64,000 bases of DNA from Flavobacteriaceae bacterium (lineage in GTDB: Bacteria > Bacteroidota > Bacteroidia > Flavobacteriales > Flavobacteriaceae). The translations under genes were made by a program, and so were the position numbers. This document shows positions 1-9,610 of the stretch, piece after piece. The notes below the pieces were generated by a model. It did not search any database, was not told where the DNA came from, and saw nothing but the letters and a program-made list of their open reading frames with translations. How positions within the stretch are numbered: position 1 is the stretch's first letter; every line of letters starts with the position of its first letter. Location: positions 7,761 to 71,760 of the forward strand of contig CAXPUM010000015.1 of the NCBI GenBank assembly GCA_964220295.1. Reading direction: 5' to 3'.

Positions 1-968
1 AAATGTTCTCTTACGATTTTGAAATTATCGTAAGTAGCCTGTAGATCTTTATTATTATGACTTAACTGGTAATACTGTGCGGGTTCTCGAAAAGCCTGTG
101 CTACATTCACATTATGCCAATCGATTAAATTAGCGTACCAGCCGGGGAAATCCATATCATTGCGCGTTTCCTTCCAATTGTGAATATCATCTATGGAATT
201 ATCCCTTTTTGACCAATCTGACGTGTTACGATGAATCTTTTCCATTAATTCCAGGAGAAAATCATCTCCGGTGCGATTATATAACCACACCACACTGTGC
301 AGGTTATCGCCGCCGCGAACTTTCTGCCAGTAGTGGCTTCCAGATAAAAAATCTTCATCAGGAACACTATTCTGATATTTGAAATAATTGGTCATGAGGT
401 CTATCACCCGGTCATCACTCGAATATTCGTAGTACGACTGTAAACAGTATAACATGATCATATTTGCCCAGAAATCCTGGGTGCCATCCTTGCCCAATCT
501 TTCAGGACCGAAATTTCCATCTGGCCGCTGACTTGCAATCGCAGCCTCGATCCATTTTTCGGTTTCCGCGATCATCTTTTTATCACCAAGAATGTAGGCA
601 GTATTTCCGTAGCCTTTCAACCAATATGGAACTTCTTCCCATCCCCAGGCTCCTTTACCATCTTCAGCCAGCCACGCATTATCTGTTTCCTGCAACCATG
701 CGCTGATCTCCCCCAGATTACCCATTAAACCGTTAGCCTGCCGCTCCATCATCTCCTTCAACCAGCCATTTGGCTTTACCGCCGCGACAGGAAGCTTAAT
801 AAGAACGCTTGGTTCTAAAGGTTTCCTGTTCGAAACGTAATTGGAATTTATCGAGCTGGTATCCGGAATTTTAACCACCGTAACGCTTTCTTGCGTTTCT
901 TTTTCAGAATCACAAGAAAAACACACGAATGCTACAAAAATACTGAGCCAGCAGGTGAACTTTGACAT
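1..968 (-). CDS. Putative lipoprotein glycoside hydrolase, (alpha/alpha)6-barrel, GH127/GH146 (DUF1680, beta-L-arabinofuranosidase)-like. Only the N-terminal ~322 codons are present; the gene runs off the left edge.
   Basis: Absent from the ORF track because there is no stop in the window. My own minus-strand translation from ATG 968-966 stays open to position 1: MSKFTCWLSIFVAFVCFSCDSEKE...GAWGWEEVPYWLKGYG...DFWANMIMLYCLQSYYEY. It has a signal peptide plus lipobox Cys and starts 18 nt downstream of the preceding PUL gene. The family call is from memory and is weak. Confidence 0.6.
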   Translation of the reverse strand, partial: MSKFTCWLSIFVAFVCFSCDSEKETQESVTVVKIPDTSSINSNYVSNRKPLEPSVLIKLPVAAVKPNGWLKEMMERQANGLMGNLGEISAWLQETDNAWLAEDGKGAWGWEEVPYWLKGYGNTAYILGDKKMIAETEKWIEAAIASQRPDGNFGPERLGKDGTQDFWANMIMLYCLQSYYEYSSDDRVIDLMTNYFKYQNSVPDEDFLSGSHYWQKVRGGDNLHSVVWLYNRTGDDFLLELMEKIHRNTSDWSKRDNSIDDIHNWKETRNDMDFPGWYANLIDWHNVNVAQAFREPAQYYQLSHNNKDLQATYDNFKIVREH

Positions 969-986
969 ATTAATCTTTTTAAAAAA

Positions 987-3428
987 TTAATCCCACTCGT
1001 CTCTCAGCAATTTGATAAAATAACCACCCACGACGCTTCTGGCCTGGAAACCACGCTGATCTCCGCTGGTTGTAAAATGCCAGTCACTCATTGGAACACG
1101 GTTCTTTGTATCGATCGCAAAATCGTAAACAGGGTCGGCAAACTTTTCAAATGTTGCCTGATCATCGGCTAAGGTTGCAGTCCATAAGATCCAGTCAGAT
1201 TTTGTGTAATCTGCACGGTTATCTAAGGGAAGACCATATTGATTCTGCTTCGTATCGTAATATTTTAACTCGGTATCAAAAACTTCCTGCGGAAAAATTT
1301 CCAGATCCAGAACTTTATCCCAAACCAAGTTATATTTCTGGCTCCAGGTATTTTTATCGTTGTATGTTAATGCGTAGTGATCTCCGGCGTCGGCCAGTTC
1401 CATCCATTTTTTGGCCATTTCACGAGCTTTTTGAGTATACTCTTCAGCCACTTCCTTTTTACCTAACTGTTCTGCCATGTAACCGTAACCACCAACTCCT
1501 TCAATAGCTTTCACCGCGAGATTGGCATTCCTGGCAAGGTGACCTGAAAAGTCATCGGTAGATAACTGGTTAGCAGGATCCAGACCGGCTTCGGTAAGAT
1601 AATTAGTCCATTCTGTAAGGCTTTCCCAGTGTTTTTCAGCATACTCAGCATTGCCTTCAGCTCTTACGATAGCCGCGGTAAGCACGACCATGTTTCCACT
1701 TTCTTCCACGGGCATATCTTCGCCATAAGTCTGGCCGGTGGCAATTGGATAGGTTCCCAAATCGTGGGCAGGAAAAGGCTTTTTCCATTTTCCACTTTCG
1801 GAATAATAAAAAATTCCGTTCAGCATTCCTTTTAAAAGATCGGGATTATAAAGCAGGAAAAGCGGCGCGGAAGGATAGGTAACATCAACGGTATTGATCG
1901 ATCCATTACTGAAATTTTCTTTCGAAAGGAACAGGATTTCTCCATCCGGACTTTCAGTAAGTTTATGTGCTGCTATACTTTGACGGTAAGCAATTTCAAG
2001 AATCTCCGCATATTTTTCGCCTCCGGCTTCTACACCATCTTCATGTAACTCTTCATTGAAATCCTCACATTTTTCAATTACTTCATCATATCCGGTATAT
2101 GCTTTTTCCAGTTCGTTTTCTATGGTATTTTTTCCGTCTAAATTCCACCATGGTCTAAGCCTGTTTCCGAAGAAATTGATCGAATAGATATCATCATATC
2201 CCAGCATGATCAAATGTTCTTTTTCTTCGGAAAGTTTTTCAGCCGGAAAAACCGTATTCAACATCAGGCTTTTTCCATCTTTAACCGAAGCTCTCATGGA
2301 ATTGCTCATGAAATCTTTCGTCGCATCTATTCCCTTGGTAATATTTTGCTTTGCTTTCGCATCTTTCGCCACGGCTACATACATATAACCCCAATCAATT
2401 CTTAAGTTATCACCTTTCTTTTCCAGGACTGGTTGCTCCTTGGTTCCCGCTTTCAGGAAATTCAAATCTGCCGTTGATCCCGATTCGGTTTGCATTAATT
2501 GATCTGCTTTGTTGGATGCGATCAGGGAAGAAGCTCCAAAATAAACCTGAACGTCATGCGTTTTGCCATCATTCGGTTTCGTTTTGACTGAAATGTAAGA
2601 TACCGGGCGCGCAAGAAGATCCAGGTCATCCATCAAAAGCGGGGAAGTAAAAGTAAGATCCACATCTACACCTCCGGCCTTCAGCATATATATCGTCTGA
2701 GTCGCATTGAAATCCAGACCAGTCTGTTCTGCCAATTCAACCTGAGTCTTTGGTTTTTTGACTTCCACTATTCCCGCATCCAAAAATCGACCACCGGCGG
2801 TGTTTTTAATATGGATTGCCAAGATATTGTCTTTTTTCTTCAGCTTGCTTTTTGCTGAAGCCGAAATTGGAAAATAGTCGTATTGATCATTCCATCCGGT
2901 TTTTTCAAGGATCTTCTCTCCATTTAAATAGACCATGATATTATCATCATGATGCAGTTTCAGAAAAAGATCATCAAAATTGCTGTTTTTAAGATCAAAT
3001 TTTCTGCGAACCCAAAGGTCAGCACTTTCCCATTTCGTGGCATAACCGTGCTCATCTCCAAATGGTGCTTTGGTACTTTTCCAGCCTGAATCATCAAAAT
3101 CGGCATTTTGCCATCCAGATTTTGGCTCCTTTTCAGTAGCCATCACACCGTATTCTCCAGCATCGGCCGCAGAAATCACATCGCTATAATTTTTCGGCTC
3201 ATCACCCAGGAAACGGTAAACTTTTCCATCAACTTTAATGAGACCAACAAGGCTCTGATCTGTTCCAGTCCAGTGTACGGTTTGCTTTTCATTGATCTTA
3301 TCGCCGAAAGACCAGATACTAAAATTCGGGTCATGGGTAACCAACGGATATGCGGGTGCCTGCCTTTGCTGGGCCGTGACTACTCCCGAAAAAATTATTG
3401 CGGTTATAAAGAGTAATTTCTTGATCAT
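987..3428 (-). CDS. Glutaminase-A-like putative glycoside hydrolase (DUF4964/DUF5127/DUF4965/DUF1793), secreted
   Basis: 813-aa ORF with a signal peptide. The N-terminus APAYPLVTHDPNFSIWSFGDK...WTG...VDGKVYRFLG is typical of the GtaA-like family, and the C-terminal half looks like an (alpha/alpha)6 barrel. It sits in the PUL operon. Confidence 0.75.
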   Translation of the reverse strand: MIKKLLFITAIIFSGVVTAQQRQAPAYPLVTHDPNFSIWSFGDKINEKQTVHWTGTDQSLVGLIKVDGKVYRFLGDEPKNYSDVISAADAGEYGVMATEKEPKSGWQNADFDDSGWKSTKAPFGDEHGYATKWESADLWVRRKFDLKNSNFDDLFLKLHHDDNIMVYLNGEKILEKTGWNDQYDYFPISASAKSKLKKKDNILAIHIKNTAGGRFLDAGIVEVKKPKTQVELAEQTGLDFNATQTIYMLKAGGVDVDLTFTSPLLMDDLDLLARPVSYISVKTKPNDGKTHDVQVYFGASSLIASNKADQLMQTESGSTADLNFLKAGTKEQPVLEKKGDNLRIDWGYMYVAVAKDAKAKQNITKGIDATKDFMSNSMRASVKDGKSLMLNTVFPAEKLSEEKEHLIMLGYDDIYSINFFGNRLRPWWNLDGKNTIENELEKAYTGYDEVIEKCEDFNEELHEDGVEAGGEKYAEILEIAYRQSIAAHKLTESPDGEILFLSKENFSNGSINTVDVTYPSAPLFLLYNPDLLKGMLNGIFYYSESGKWKKPFPAHDLGTYPIATGQTYGEDMPVEESGNMVVLTAAIVRAEGNAEYAEKHWESLTEWTNYLTEAGLDPANQLSTDDFSGHLARNANLAVKAIEGVGGYGYMAEQLGKKEVAEEYTQKAREMAKKWMELADAGDHYALTYNDKNTWSQKYNLVWDKVLDLEIFPQEVFDTELKYYDTKQNQYGLPLDNRADYTKSDWILWTATLADDQATFEKFADPVYDFAIDTKNRVPMSDWHFTTSGDQRGFQARSVVGGYFIKLLRDEWD

Positions 3429-3437
3429 GGGTGGTTT

Positions 3438-4622
3438 TTATTGATTCGTTGTTGAAAATTTATATTCTGAAACGGTATGATAAGTATCTCCCGGTTCTAA
3501 TGTGATCTGCGGAAAATCAGGTTGATTTGGTGCATCTGGAAAATGTTGTGTTTCCATAGCGAATGCCGTACGATAATCATCCTTTGCGCCCGACTTAAAA
3601 GTATTCATTGACTGCATGAAATTCCCACTATAGAATTGAAGACCCGGTTCTTCCGTGAAAATTTCCATTACGATACCAGACTGGTCACCGGTAACCTTCG
3701 CCGCTTTATTGAAATCCCCGGTTTGCGTTTTTGTAAGCACAAAATTGTGATCGTAGCCGCCACCGTTCTTCAATTGTTCGTTATCTGTGTCAATTCGCTC
3801 ACCAATAGTGTGTGGTTCGGTAAAATCAAACGGTGTTCCTGCCACCTCTTTCTGTTGTCCAAGAGGGATCAGGCCACCATCCACCGGAGTGAAAAGATCT
3901 GCATTGATCTGCACTTCATGCTGAAGAATACTTCCGCTGCCTTCTCCATTCAAATTGAAAAAAGCATGATTGGTAAGGTTTACCGGCGTAGCCTTATCGG
4001 TAGTTGCCTCATATTTCATCCTGACCGCTCGGTCAGACGTAAGTGAATAGGTAACCGTTACGTCCAGGTTTCCGGGAAAACCTTCTTCCATATCTGGCGA
4101 TTTATAATGTAAAACCAGCGTACTATCATTGCGTTTTTCAGCATCCCATACCACGTATTGAAAACCTTTTTCTCCACCGTGCAAAGAATTGCCATTATTG
4201 TTCTGCGGAATGGTGTATTCTTTTCCGTTCAGTTTAAATTTTCCTTTGGCAATGCGATTCCCAACCCGGCCAATGGTTGCACCGAAATAGGGTTCTGTAG
4301 AATTAACGAATCCTTCCGCACTATTCAATCCCACAACAACATCCGTCATTTTACCGTTTTTATCTGGTACCCAAAGACCCACAAGTCGGCCACCATAGTT
4401 GGTAAATGCGGCCTGAATACTATCGTTCTTTAGCCAGTACAGATCGACCTGTTTATCATCAATGATGGTATCAAAATCTTTTTCCTGAAGATGGGTTTCG
4501 TAATTTATCGAATCTTTTTTGACATTTTCTTCGGAAGCTGTATCCTCTTTTTTGTCATTCTTACAACAGGTAAAAGACAGCAGGGCGGCCAGTGCTATAG
4601 CCGAAAGGTATTTTATTTTCAT
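3438..4622 (-). CDS. galM: Aldose 1-epimerase (galactose mutarotase), lipoprotein
   Basis: 394 aa. Motifs GATIGRVGNRIAKGKF.LNGKEY.IP.NNNGNSLHGG and NLTNHAFFNL are present. The start overlaps the upstream GH43 stop by 4 nt. Confidence 0.9.
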   Translation of the reverse strand: MKIKYLSAIALAALLSFTCCKNDKKEDTASEENVKKDSINYETHLQEKDFDTIIDDKQVDLYWLKNDSIQAAFTNYGGRLVGLWVPDKNGKMTDVVVGLNSAEGFVNSTEPYFGATIGRVGNRIAKGKFKLNGKEYTIPQNNNGNSLHGGEKGFQYVVWDAEKRNDSTLVLHYKSPDMEEGFPGNLDVTVTYSLTSDRAVRMKYEATTDKATPVNLTNHAFFNLNGEGSGSILQHEVQINADLFTPVDGGLIPLGQQKEVAGTPFDFTEPHTIGERIDTDNEQLKNGGGYDHNFVLTKTQTGDFNKAAKVTGDQSGIVMEIFTEEPGLQFYSGNFMQSMNTFKSGAKDDYRTAFAMETQHFPDAPNQPDFPQITLEPGDTYHTVSEYKFSTTNQ

Positions 4623-5716
4623 TTTTCAGTAGTTTTTATTGCCTTTGTTCCGGACGGCAATTCCAATTCGGTTCCCGCAGCTACGGGCGTACCAAAATCT
4701 GGAGTTCCATCAGGATTCCATGTAACTTTTTGCATTCTTGGGGAACGATTTCCACCACAACCATCTCCCGAATTTGGGTTGGCGTGGTACAAAATCCAAT
4801 CTTCGGTCCCATCTGGAGATTTGAAAAAAGAGTTATGGCCCGGACCATACACCCCGTCTTCCGGAGACTGCGTAAAGTAAGGATCGGGATCTTTTTCCCA
4901 GTTTTCAGCTTTCAGCAAATCATTGCCGGTTAATTTCAACAGCCCTAAACTATAATTATCGGTCCAGCATCCGCTAGCCGAATAAACTATAAACAGGTCA
5001 TCACCGTGCTCCAAAAATTGCGGACCTTCATTCACAAAAACTTCGGGACCATTCCCGGTATTTTTCTCCCAGCTATAAGTCGGTGAAGAAATTTTCACTC
5101 TCTCGCCCTCGATGGTATAAGGATTGGTCATTTTCGCGATAAAAATATCCTGCTGCCCATTTTCGTCACCTTCCCAGCCAGACCAGACCATGTATAACTG
5201 ACCTTGAAAATTGTAAACATCGGCATCGATCGCCCATTTATCTGATGGTGCGGCAACCTTTCCTTTAAATTCCCATTCTCCGCCCATAGGATCTTCTGAA
5301 GCGTTTTCCAGCACGTACATGCGGTGATTCTGGTTGTCGCCATCATCTGCAGCAAAATACATATACCACTTTCCGTCTAAAAACTGAATTTGCGGCGCCC
5401 AGATATTCCTGGAATACATCGTATTCTCTGGAGGTGTCCAGATCACTTTCATTTCGGCTTTTCCAATTTCTGAAAGGTCCTTTGTCTTCCAGATCGCCAG
5501 TTTGTTACCCAGCGTATTTGTGTAATAGTAATAACCGTCCTTGTACCAGCTGTAGGGATCGGCTCCTGAAGATTTCAGCGGATTGGTAAAAGTCAGTTTT
5601 TCCGAAGACTCAGGCGATTGGTCTTTAACAGCAACATCGCTGTTATGCTCCTTGCAGGATACAACAGCGAGCACTGCTACTAAAACAATCTTAACGAAAT
5701 TCTTATTGCTCATCAT
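4619..5716 (-). CDS. Glycoside hydrolase family 43 (arabinofuranosidase/arabinanase-type five-bladed propeller)
   Basis: 365 aa with a lipoprotein signal. It carries GADPY (catalytic Asp region), NIWAPQI..DGKWYMYFAA and VNEGPQF (acid Glu region). Confidence 0.85.
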   Translation of the reverse strand: MMSNKNFVKIVLVAVLAVVSCKEHNSDVAVKDQSPESSEKLTFTNPLKSSGADPYSWYKDGYYYYTNTLGNKLAIWKTKDLSEIGKAEMKVIWTPPENTMYSRNIWAPQIQFLDGKWYMYFAADDGDNQNHRMYVLENASEDPMGGEWEFKGKVAAPSDKWAIDADVYNFQGQLYMVWSGWEGDENGQQDIFIAKMTNPYTIEGERVKISSPTYSWEKNTGNGPEVFVNEGPQFLEHGDDLFIVYSASGCWTDNYSLGLLKLTGNDLLKAENWEKDPDPYFTQSPEDGVYGPGHNSFFKSPDGTEDWILYHANPNSGDGCGGNRSPRMQKVTWNPDGTPDFGTPVAAGTELELPSGTKAIKTTEK

Positions 5717-5722
5717 TTCAGA

Positions 5723-7543
5723 TTAATCTAATACTCCAATCACTTCCTGATTGGCTTTACGAACCCGTGCTACATCCACTTTATCAACTTTTCTATCGTA
5801 GGTCATGAGCCCGTTAACTTCTCCTTCCACATCAGTTGTCTGGGTATAAACAGCCGCGGAAAAGCCTGATTTGACAAGGTTCTTTAGCTTCATGGCAAAT
5901 TTCACGTACTCATCAGTCACTTCATCTGAATTTTTAAATTGCACATAACCCCAGTTATTATCGGTTTTCCAAAGATGGTCTTCTAACGGAAGGCCAATTC
6001 CGCCATATTCACCCAATACGGTAACTCTTTCCGCATCGTATAAATACAAATTCGGATCTGGATAATGGTGAAGATCTAAAATATCACCTGTATGGAAATG
6101 ATTTCCTCCACTGGCAGAATTTACCAGCCTGGAAGGATCGTAATTTTTAGTCCATTCGGTAACCTCAACGGTATTGAACTGACCCCATGCTTCGTTGAAA
6201 GGCACCCAAACCACGATACTTGGGTAAGAATACAGGTGGTCCATGATACCCTTCCACTCTTTTTTATAAATATTTTCTGAACGCTCACTTCTTTGATCTT
6301 CACTTCCTTTAAAGAAATTTCTGGATTGCCATCCCGGGCCACGGCCACCGTTCGGCATGTCCTGCCAGACCAGAATTCCAAGTTCGTCGCAATGGGTGTA
6401 CCACCTTGCCGGTTCCACTTTTACGTGTTTCCTGATCATATTGAAGCCTAGATCTTTCGTTCTTACAATGTCATATTTCAACGCTTCATCAGTCGGAGCA
6501 GTGTATAAACCATCAGGCCACCATCCCTGATCCAGCGGACCATATTGAAAAATATCTTCATTATTCAACTGCATTCTTACGATGCCATTTTCATCTCTTT
6601 TACTGGAGATTTTACGCATGGCAAAATAACTTTTTACCTTATCCTGAACTTTCCCGTCACTGATTAATTTCACTTCGGTTCGGTATAAAAATGGAGAATC
6701 TGGGGACCATAATTTTGGATTATCAACATGAATATTGAATTCCTGATCCAGCGAAGATTTTGTAGTACTGATCTCTTTATTGCCATCATATACCACCACT
6801 TCGATCATATCACCATAAGATGAATTGCTTCCTTCCGCGGAAACCTTAACGGTATTATTATCTATATCCGGAACAAAACGTAAGTTTTCGAGGCTTTTTT
6901 CTGCAACCGGTTCCAACCATACCGTTTGCCAGATTCCGGTTACCGGAGTATACCAGATTCCCTCAGGGTTTTTCACCTGTTTTCCTCTTGGCTGCGGACC
7001 TTCATCGCTTGGATCCCAAACCTTAACGGTCAGCTTCTGTTTTCCGCCTTTATTTAAAAAAGGAGTGATATCGAAAGAAAAAGGTTCGTATCCGCCAGAA
7101 TGTGAGCCGAGCTTGACGTCGTTGATCCAGACATCTGCCTGCCAGTCTACGGCATCGAAATTCAGTTTAATATGTTTATTTTTCCAATCACCGGGAACGG
7201 TGAAGGTGGTATTATACCATAATTCATTTTCTGAACCAACGGTTTTCTGTACACCGGAAAGGCTTGATTCTACAGCAAAGGGAACTAAAATATTACCATC
7301 GAAATTCTGTGGTTTTGCTTTTCCCTTTTCCTGAATGCTGTATTCCCAGAGTCCGTTAAGGTTTTTCCAGTCCGCTCTTTCCATGATCGGTCTTGGATAT
7401 TCATTTAAAGGCTTATCAGGGTTTACCTGTTCTGCCCATTTACTCTTGATCTTATCTCCCGCCGGCTTCCATTGCGCGTTTACCGTAACCTGGCTGAGCA
7501 AAGCAACGCAGACGATCGTAATATTTTTAAATAAAAAATTCAT
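5723..7543 (-). CDS. Glycoside hydrolase family 2 (beta-galactosidase/beta-glucuronidase-like)
   Basis: 606 aa with a signal peptide. It has an N-terminal sugar-binding jelly roll (WYNTTFTVP..W..K.I.L.F.AVDW.ADVWIN), the acid/base motif VPFNEAWGQ and the nucleophile motif LGEYGGIG. Confidence 0.85.
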   Translation of the reverse strand: MNFLFKNITIVCVALLSQVTVNAQWKPAGDKIKSKWAEQVNPDKPLNEYPRPIMERADWKNLNGLWEYSIQEKGKAKPQNFDGNILVPFAVESSLSGVQKTVGSENELWYNTTFTVPGDWKNKHIKLNFDAVDWQADVWINDVKLGSHSGGYEPFSFDITPFLNKGGKQKLTVKVWDPSDEGPQPRGKQVKNPEGIWYTPVTGIWQTVWLEPVAEKSLENLRFVPDIDNNTVKVSAEGSNSSYGDMIEVVVYDGNKEISTTKSSLDQEFNIHVDNPKLWSPDSPFLYRTEVKLISDGKVQDKVKSYFAMRKISSKRDENGIVRMQLNNEDIFQYGPLDQGWWPDGLYTAPTDEALKYDIVRTKDLGFNMIRKHVKVEPARWYTHCDELGILVWQDMPNGGRGPGWQSRNFFKGSEDQRSERSENIYKKEWKGIMDHLYSYPSIVVWVPFNEAWGQFNTVEVTEWTKNYDPSRLVNSASGGNHFHTGDILDLHHYPDPNLYLYDAERVTVLGEYGGIGLPLEDHLWKTDNNWGYVQFKNSDEVTDEYVKFAMKLKNLVKSGFSAAVYTQTTDVEGEVNGLMTYDRKVDKVDVARVRKANQEVIGVLD

Positions 7544-7582
7544 TGTAGTAGTTCTAGCTATGTTTTATAATTCCTTTTCGGT

Positions 7583-8767
7583 TTATTTGGCATTCGCTTC
7601 AGTGGTTAGCTGAGCGATCAATTCAGTTTCTTCTTTTTTATAAGGCTCTCCGTTTTTATGAAAAACTTCGTGAAACCATACATCAGGTTCTGAAGTATAT
7701 TTTTTGGTCCACGTATCCCACGGGTATTTGGTTTGGGTTTTGCCATCAACCAGACCCCAATTGTACATGGCTATATTATGTTCTTTTGCAATAGGTAAAA
7801 ATCCCTGAAAAGTACTTCCGTTAGGACGCGCCATATATTCGGTACACAGCATAGGTTTACCGTATCGCTTTAATTGATTGATCTTCTGCTCAAAATCTTC
7901 GGGTGAATTGTAATTATGAAAGGAAATAACATCAGATTGTTCAATTTGCATTTTGTGCATTTTTTCCATTTTCTCAGGGTCACTCCAGTCACCAGTCCAT
8001 AATCCAGAAGTCAAAGGTTGTTTAGGTTCTGCCGATCTCGCCCAATCGAATGCCTGATTTAATAGGTTATAGACCAACTCCTTTTTATTCGGAATTTCAA
8101 CATCTTCATAAGATGGCCCGGTCATATTATCTGGTTCATTCCAGACATCCCAGCCGAGGATTCGGTCATCATTCTTGAATTTTCCAACTGTTCCAACCAC
8201 GTAGTCTTGTAACCTGCCATACTGTGTAGAATCCTGTAAGGCTTTTTGTCCAGGGCTTTGCACCCAGCCGGAATTATGAACATGTGGTTGCGGCGCTCGC
8301 TGCTTTCCTGTTTCAGGAAAAGGATCCCAGCAGGAATCGAATAAAACAAAAAGGGTTTTGATTCCGTGGCTATCGGCAATTGCCAAATATTGGTCCATCC
8401 TGTTATAGAAACCTTCAGCATCTTCTTTATGCAAAAGATCGTGCAAATAGACGCGCATGGTATTCATTCCGATATTTTCTGCCCAACCCAGTTCTTTGTT
8501 TATCGTAGCAGTGTCAAATGTTTTTTCCTGCCACATTTCTAGCTGATTGATCGCTGTACTTGGCGTAAAATTCGCTCCTACAAGCCAGGGTTGCTTTGAA
8601 TACCAATCATTTGCCTGTTCTTTGGTCCAGACTTTAGAAGAACTGATGGTATCAGCGGCTTTAGTTTCGGATAAATTTTTATTATCAGATTTTTCTTCGG
8701 CGTTCTTACAAGAGTAAAAACACAAACTAAGAAGCGTTATAATGGTTAAAATGCGCATGTTTTTCAT
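7583..8767 (-). CDS. Clan GH-A (beta/alpha)8 glycoside hydrolase, GH5-like; often annotated cellulase-family or 1,4-beta-xylanase
   Basis: 394 aa with a lipoprotein signal. It has the acid/base motif GWDVWNEPDN and the likely nucleophile LCTEYMAR. The exact family is not resolvable by eye. Confidence 0.75.
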   Translation of the reverse strand: MKNMRILTIITLLSLCFYSCKNAEEKSDNKNLSETKAADTISSSKVWTKEQANDWYSKQPWLVGANFTPSTAINQLEMWQEKTFDTATINKELGWAENIGMNTMRVYLHDLLHKEDAEGFYNRMDQYLAIADSHGIKTLFVLFDSCWDPFPETGKQRAPQPHVHNSGWVQSPGQKALQDSTQYGRLQDYVVGTVGKFKNDDRILGWDVWNEPDNMTGPSYEDVEIPNKKELVYNLLNQAFDWARSAEPKQPLTSGLWTGDWSDPEKMEKMHKMQIEQSDVISFHNYNSPEDFEQKINQLKRYGKPMLCTEYMARPNGSTFQGFLPIAKEHNIAMYNWGLVDGKTQTKYPWDTWTKKYTSEPDVWFHEVFHKNGEPYKKEETELIAQLTTEANAK

Positions 8768-8899
8768 TGCAATATAATTATTTCCGTCAAATTACTAAAT
8801 CGTTTTAGGTAATTCCTTTCTTTTTAAAGTTATCCTTCCCGATCACTTTTACACAAGGTAACCGGGATTGATAACTAGGCTAAAAAAATTAACTACTAT

Positions 8900-9601
8900 T
8901 TAAAAATTCAACTTTTGTAAAGGCGAGAAGAGCATGTCCTCAACGCCAGCTATTTTTACTCCTACCCTGGCAAACAGATAGTCCTGATTTAGATTATCGG
9001 GAATTTCTACCATCATAGAAAGGTTATCCATATTTGTAAGATCGGCATCACCACGTGCGATATTCATATCACCATTGGCGGAAACAAAATGAGTTTTGTT
9101 CAGATATAAAGTCACATGCTCGATATCACGTGCGTCCATACCAGTTATGACTTGTTGCAATTCGATACTCGCATTTACTGAATTTCCGGAAACGTTAATC
9201 TGAGGATTCCTGATCATATAATAAGGCATAACCTCCAATTCCATATTCGTGCTTCCATTCAGGTTAAGGTAGATCGTATCTCCCTGCTGACCGCCCTGGC
9301 TAATAGCCTTAAACGGTCCCTGGCCATCTATGAATTTCAATCGATAGTCTCCATTGAATAAAAGTGAACTGAAAGAGCCATCCTGGGTTACATGAACATC
9401 TAAAGGGCCTTCCTTTCCGAATCCAGATTGCCATAACTGAAATCTAACATCATTTTGAGCAACACGAATCGTATCTCCCTGGTACGTTAGGGCTCCCTCA
9501 AAAAGGGATTTTGGTTCTTCGTAATTATCTATCTCGCAAGATCCTAATGAAAGAATCAAGCCGAGAAAAAGTATATAATATTTTGTATTCATAATTTTCA
9601 A
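8900..9601 (-). CDS. DUF3823 domain lipoprotein (PUL-associated surface protein)
   Basis: 233 aa. The lipobox is LGSCEIDNYEEP. It lies immediately downstream of SusD, which is the typical position and size for DUF3823. Confidence 0.7.
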   Translation of the reverse strand: MKIMNTKYYILFLGLILSLGSCEIDNYEEPKSLFEGALTYQGDTIRVAQNDVRFQLWQSGFGKEGPLDVHVTQDGSFSSLLFNGDYRLKFIDGQGPFKAISQGGQQGDTIYLNLNGSTNMELEVMPYYMIRNPQINVSGNSVNASIELQQVITGMDARDIEHVTLYLNKTHFVSANGDMNIARGDADLTNMDNLSMMVEIPDNLNQDYLFARVGVKIAGVEDMLFSPLQKLNF

Positions 9602-9610
9602 TTTTGATCC

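Noticed and set aside
464-706. 80-aa plus-strand ORF in the first kilobase
   Set aside because: It lies antisense inside a much longer open minus-strand frame (1-968) that encodes a protein-like lipoprotein glycoside hydrolase. Its composition (Pro/Arg/Phe-rich) is typical of antisense frames.
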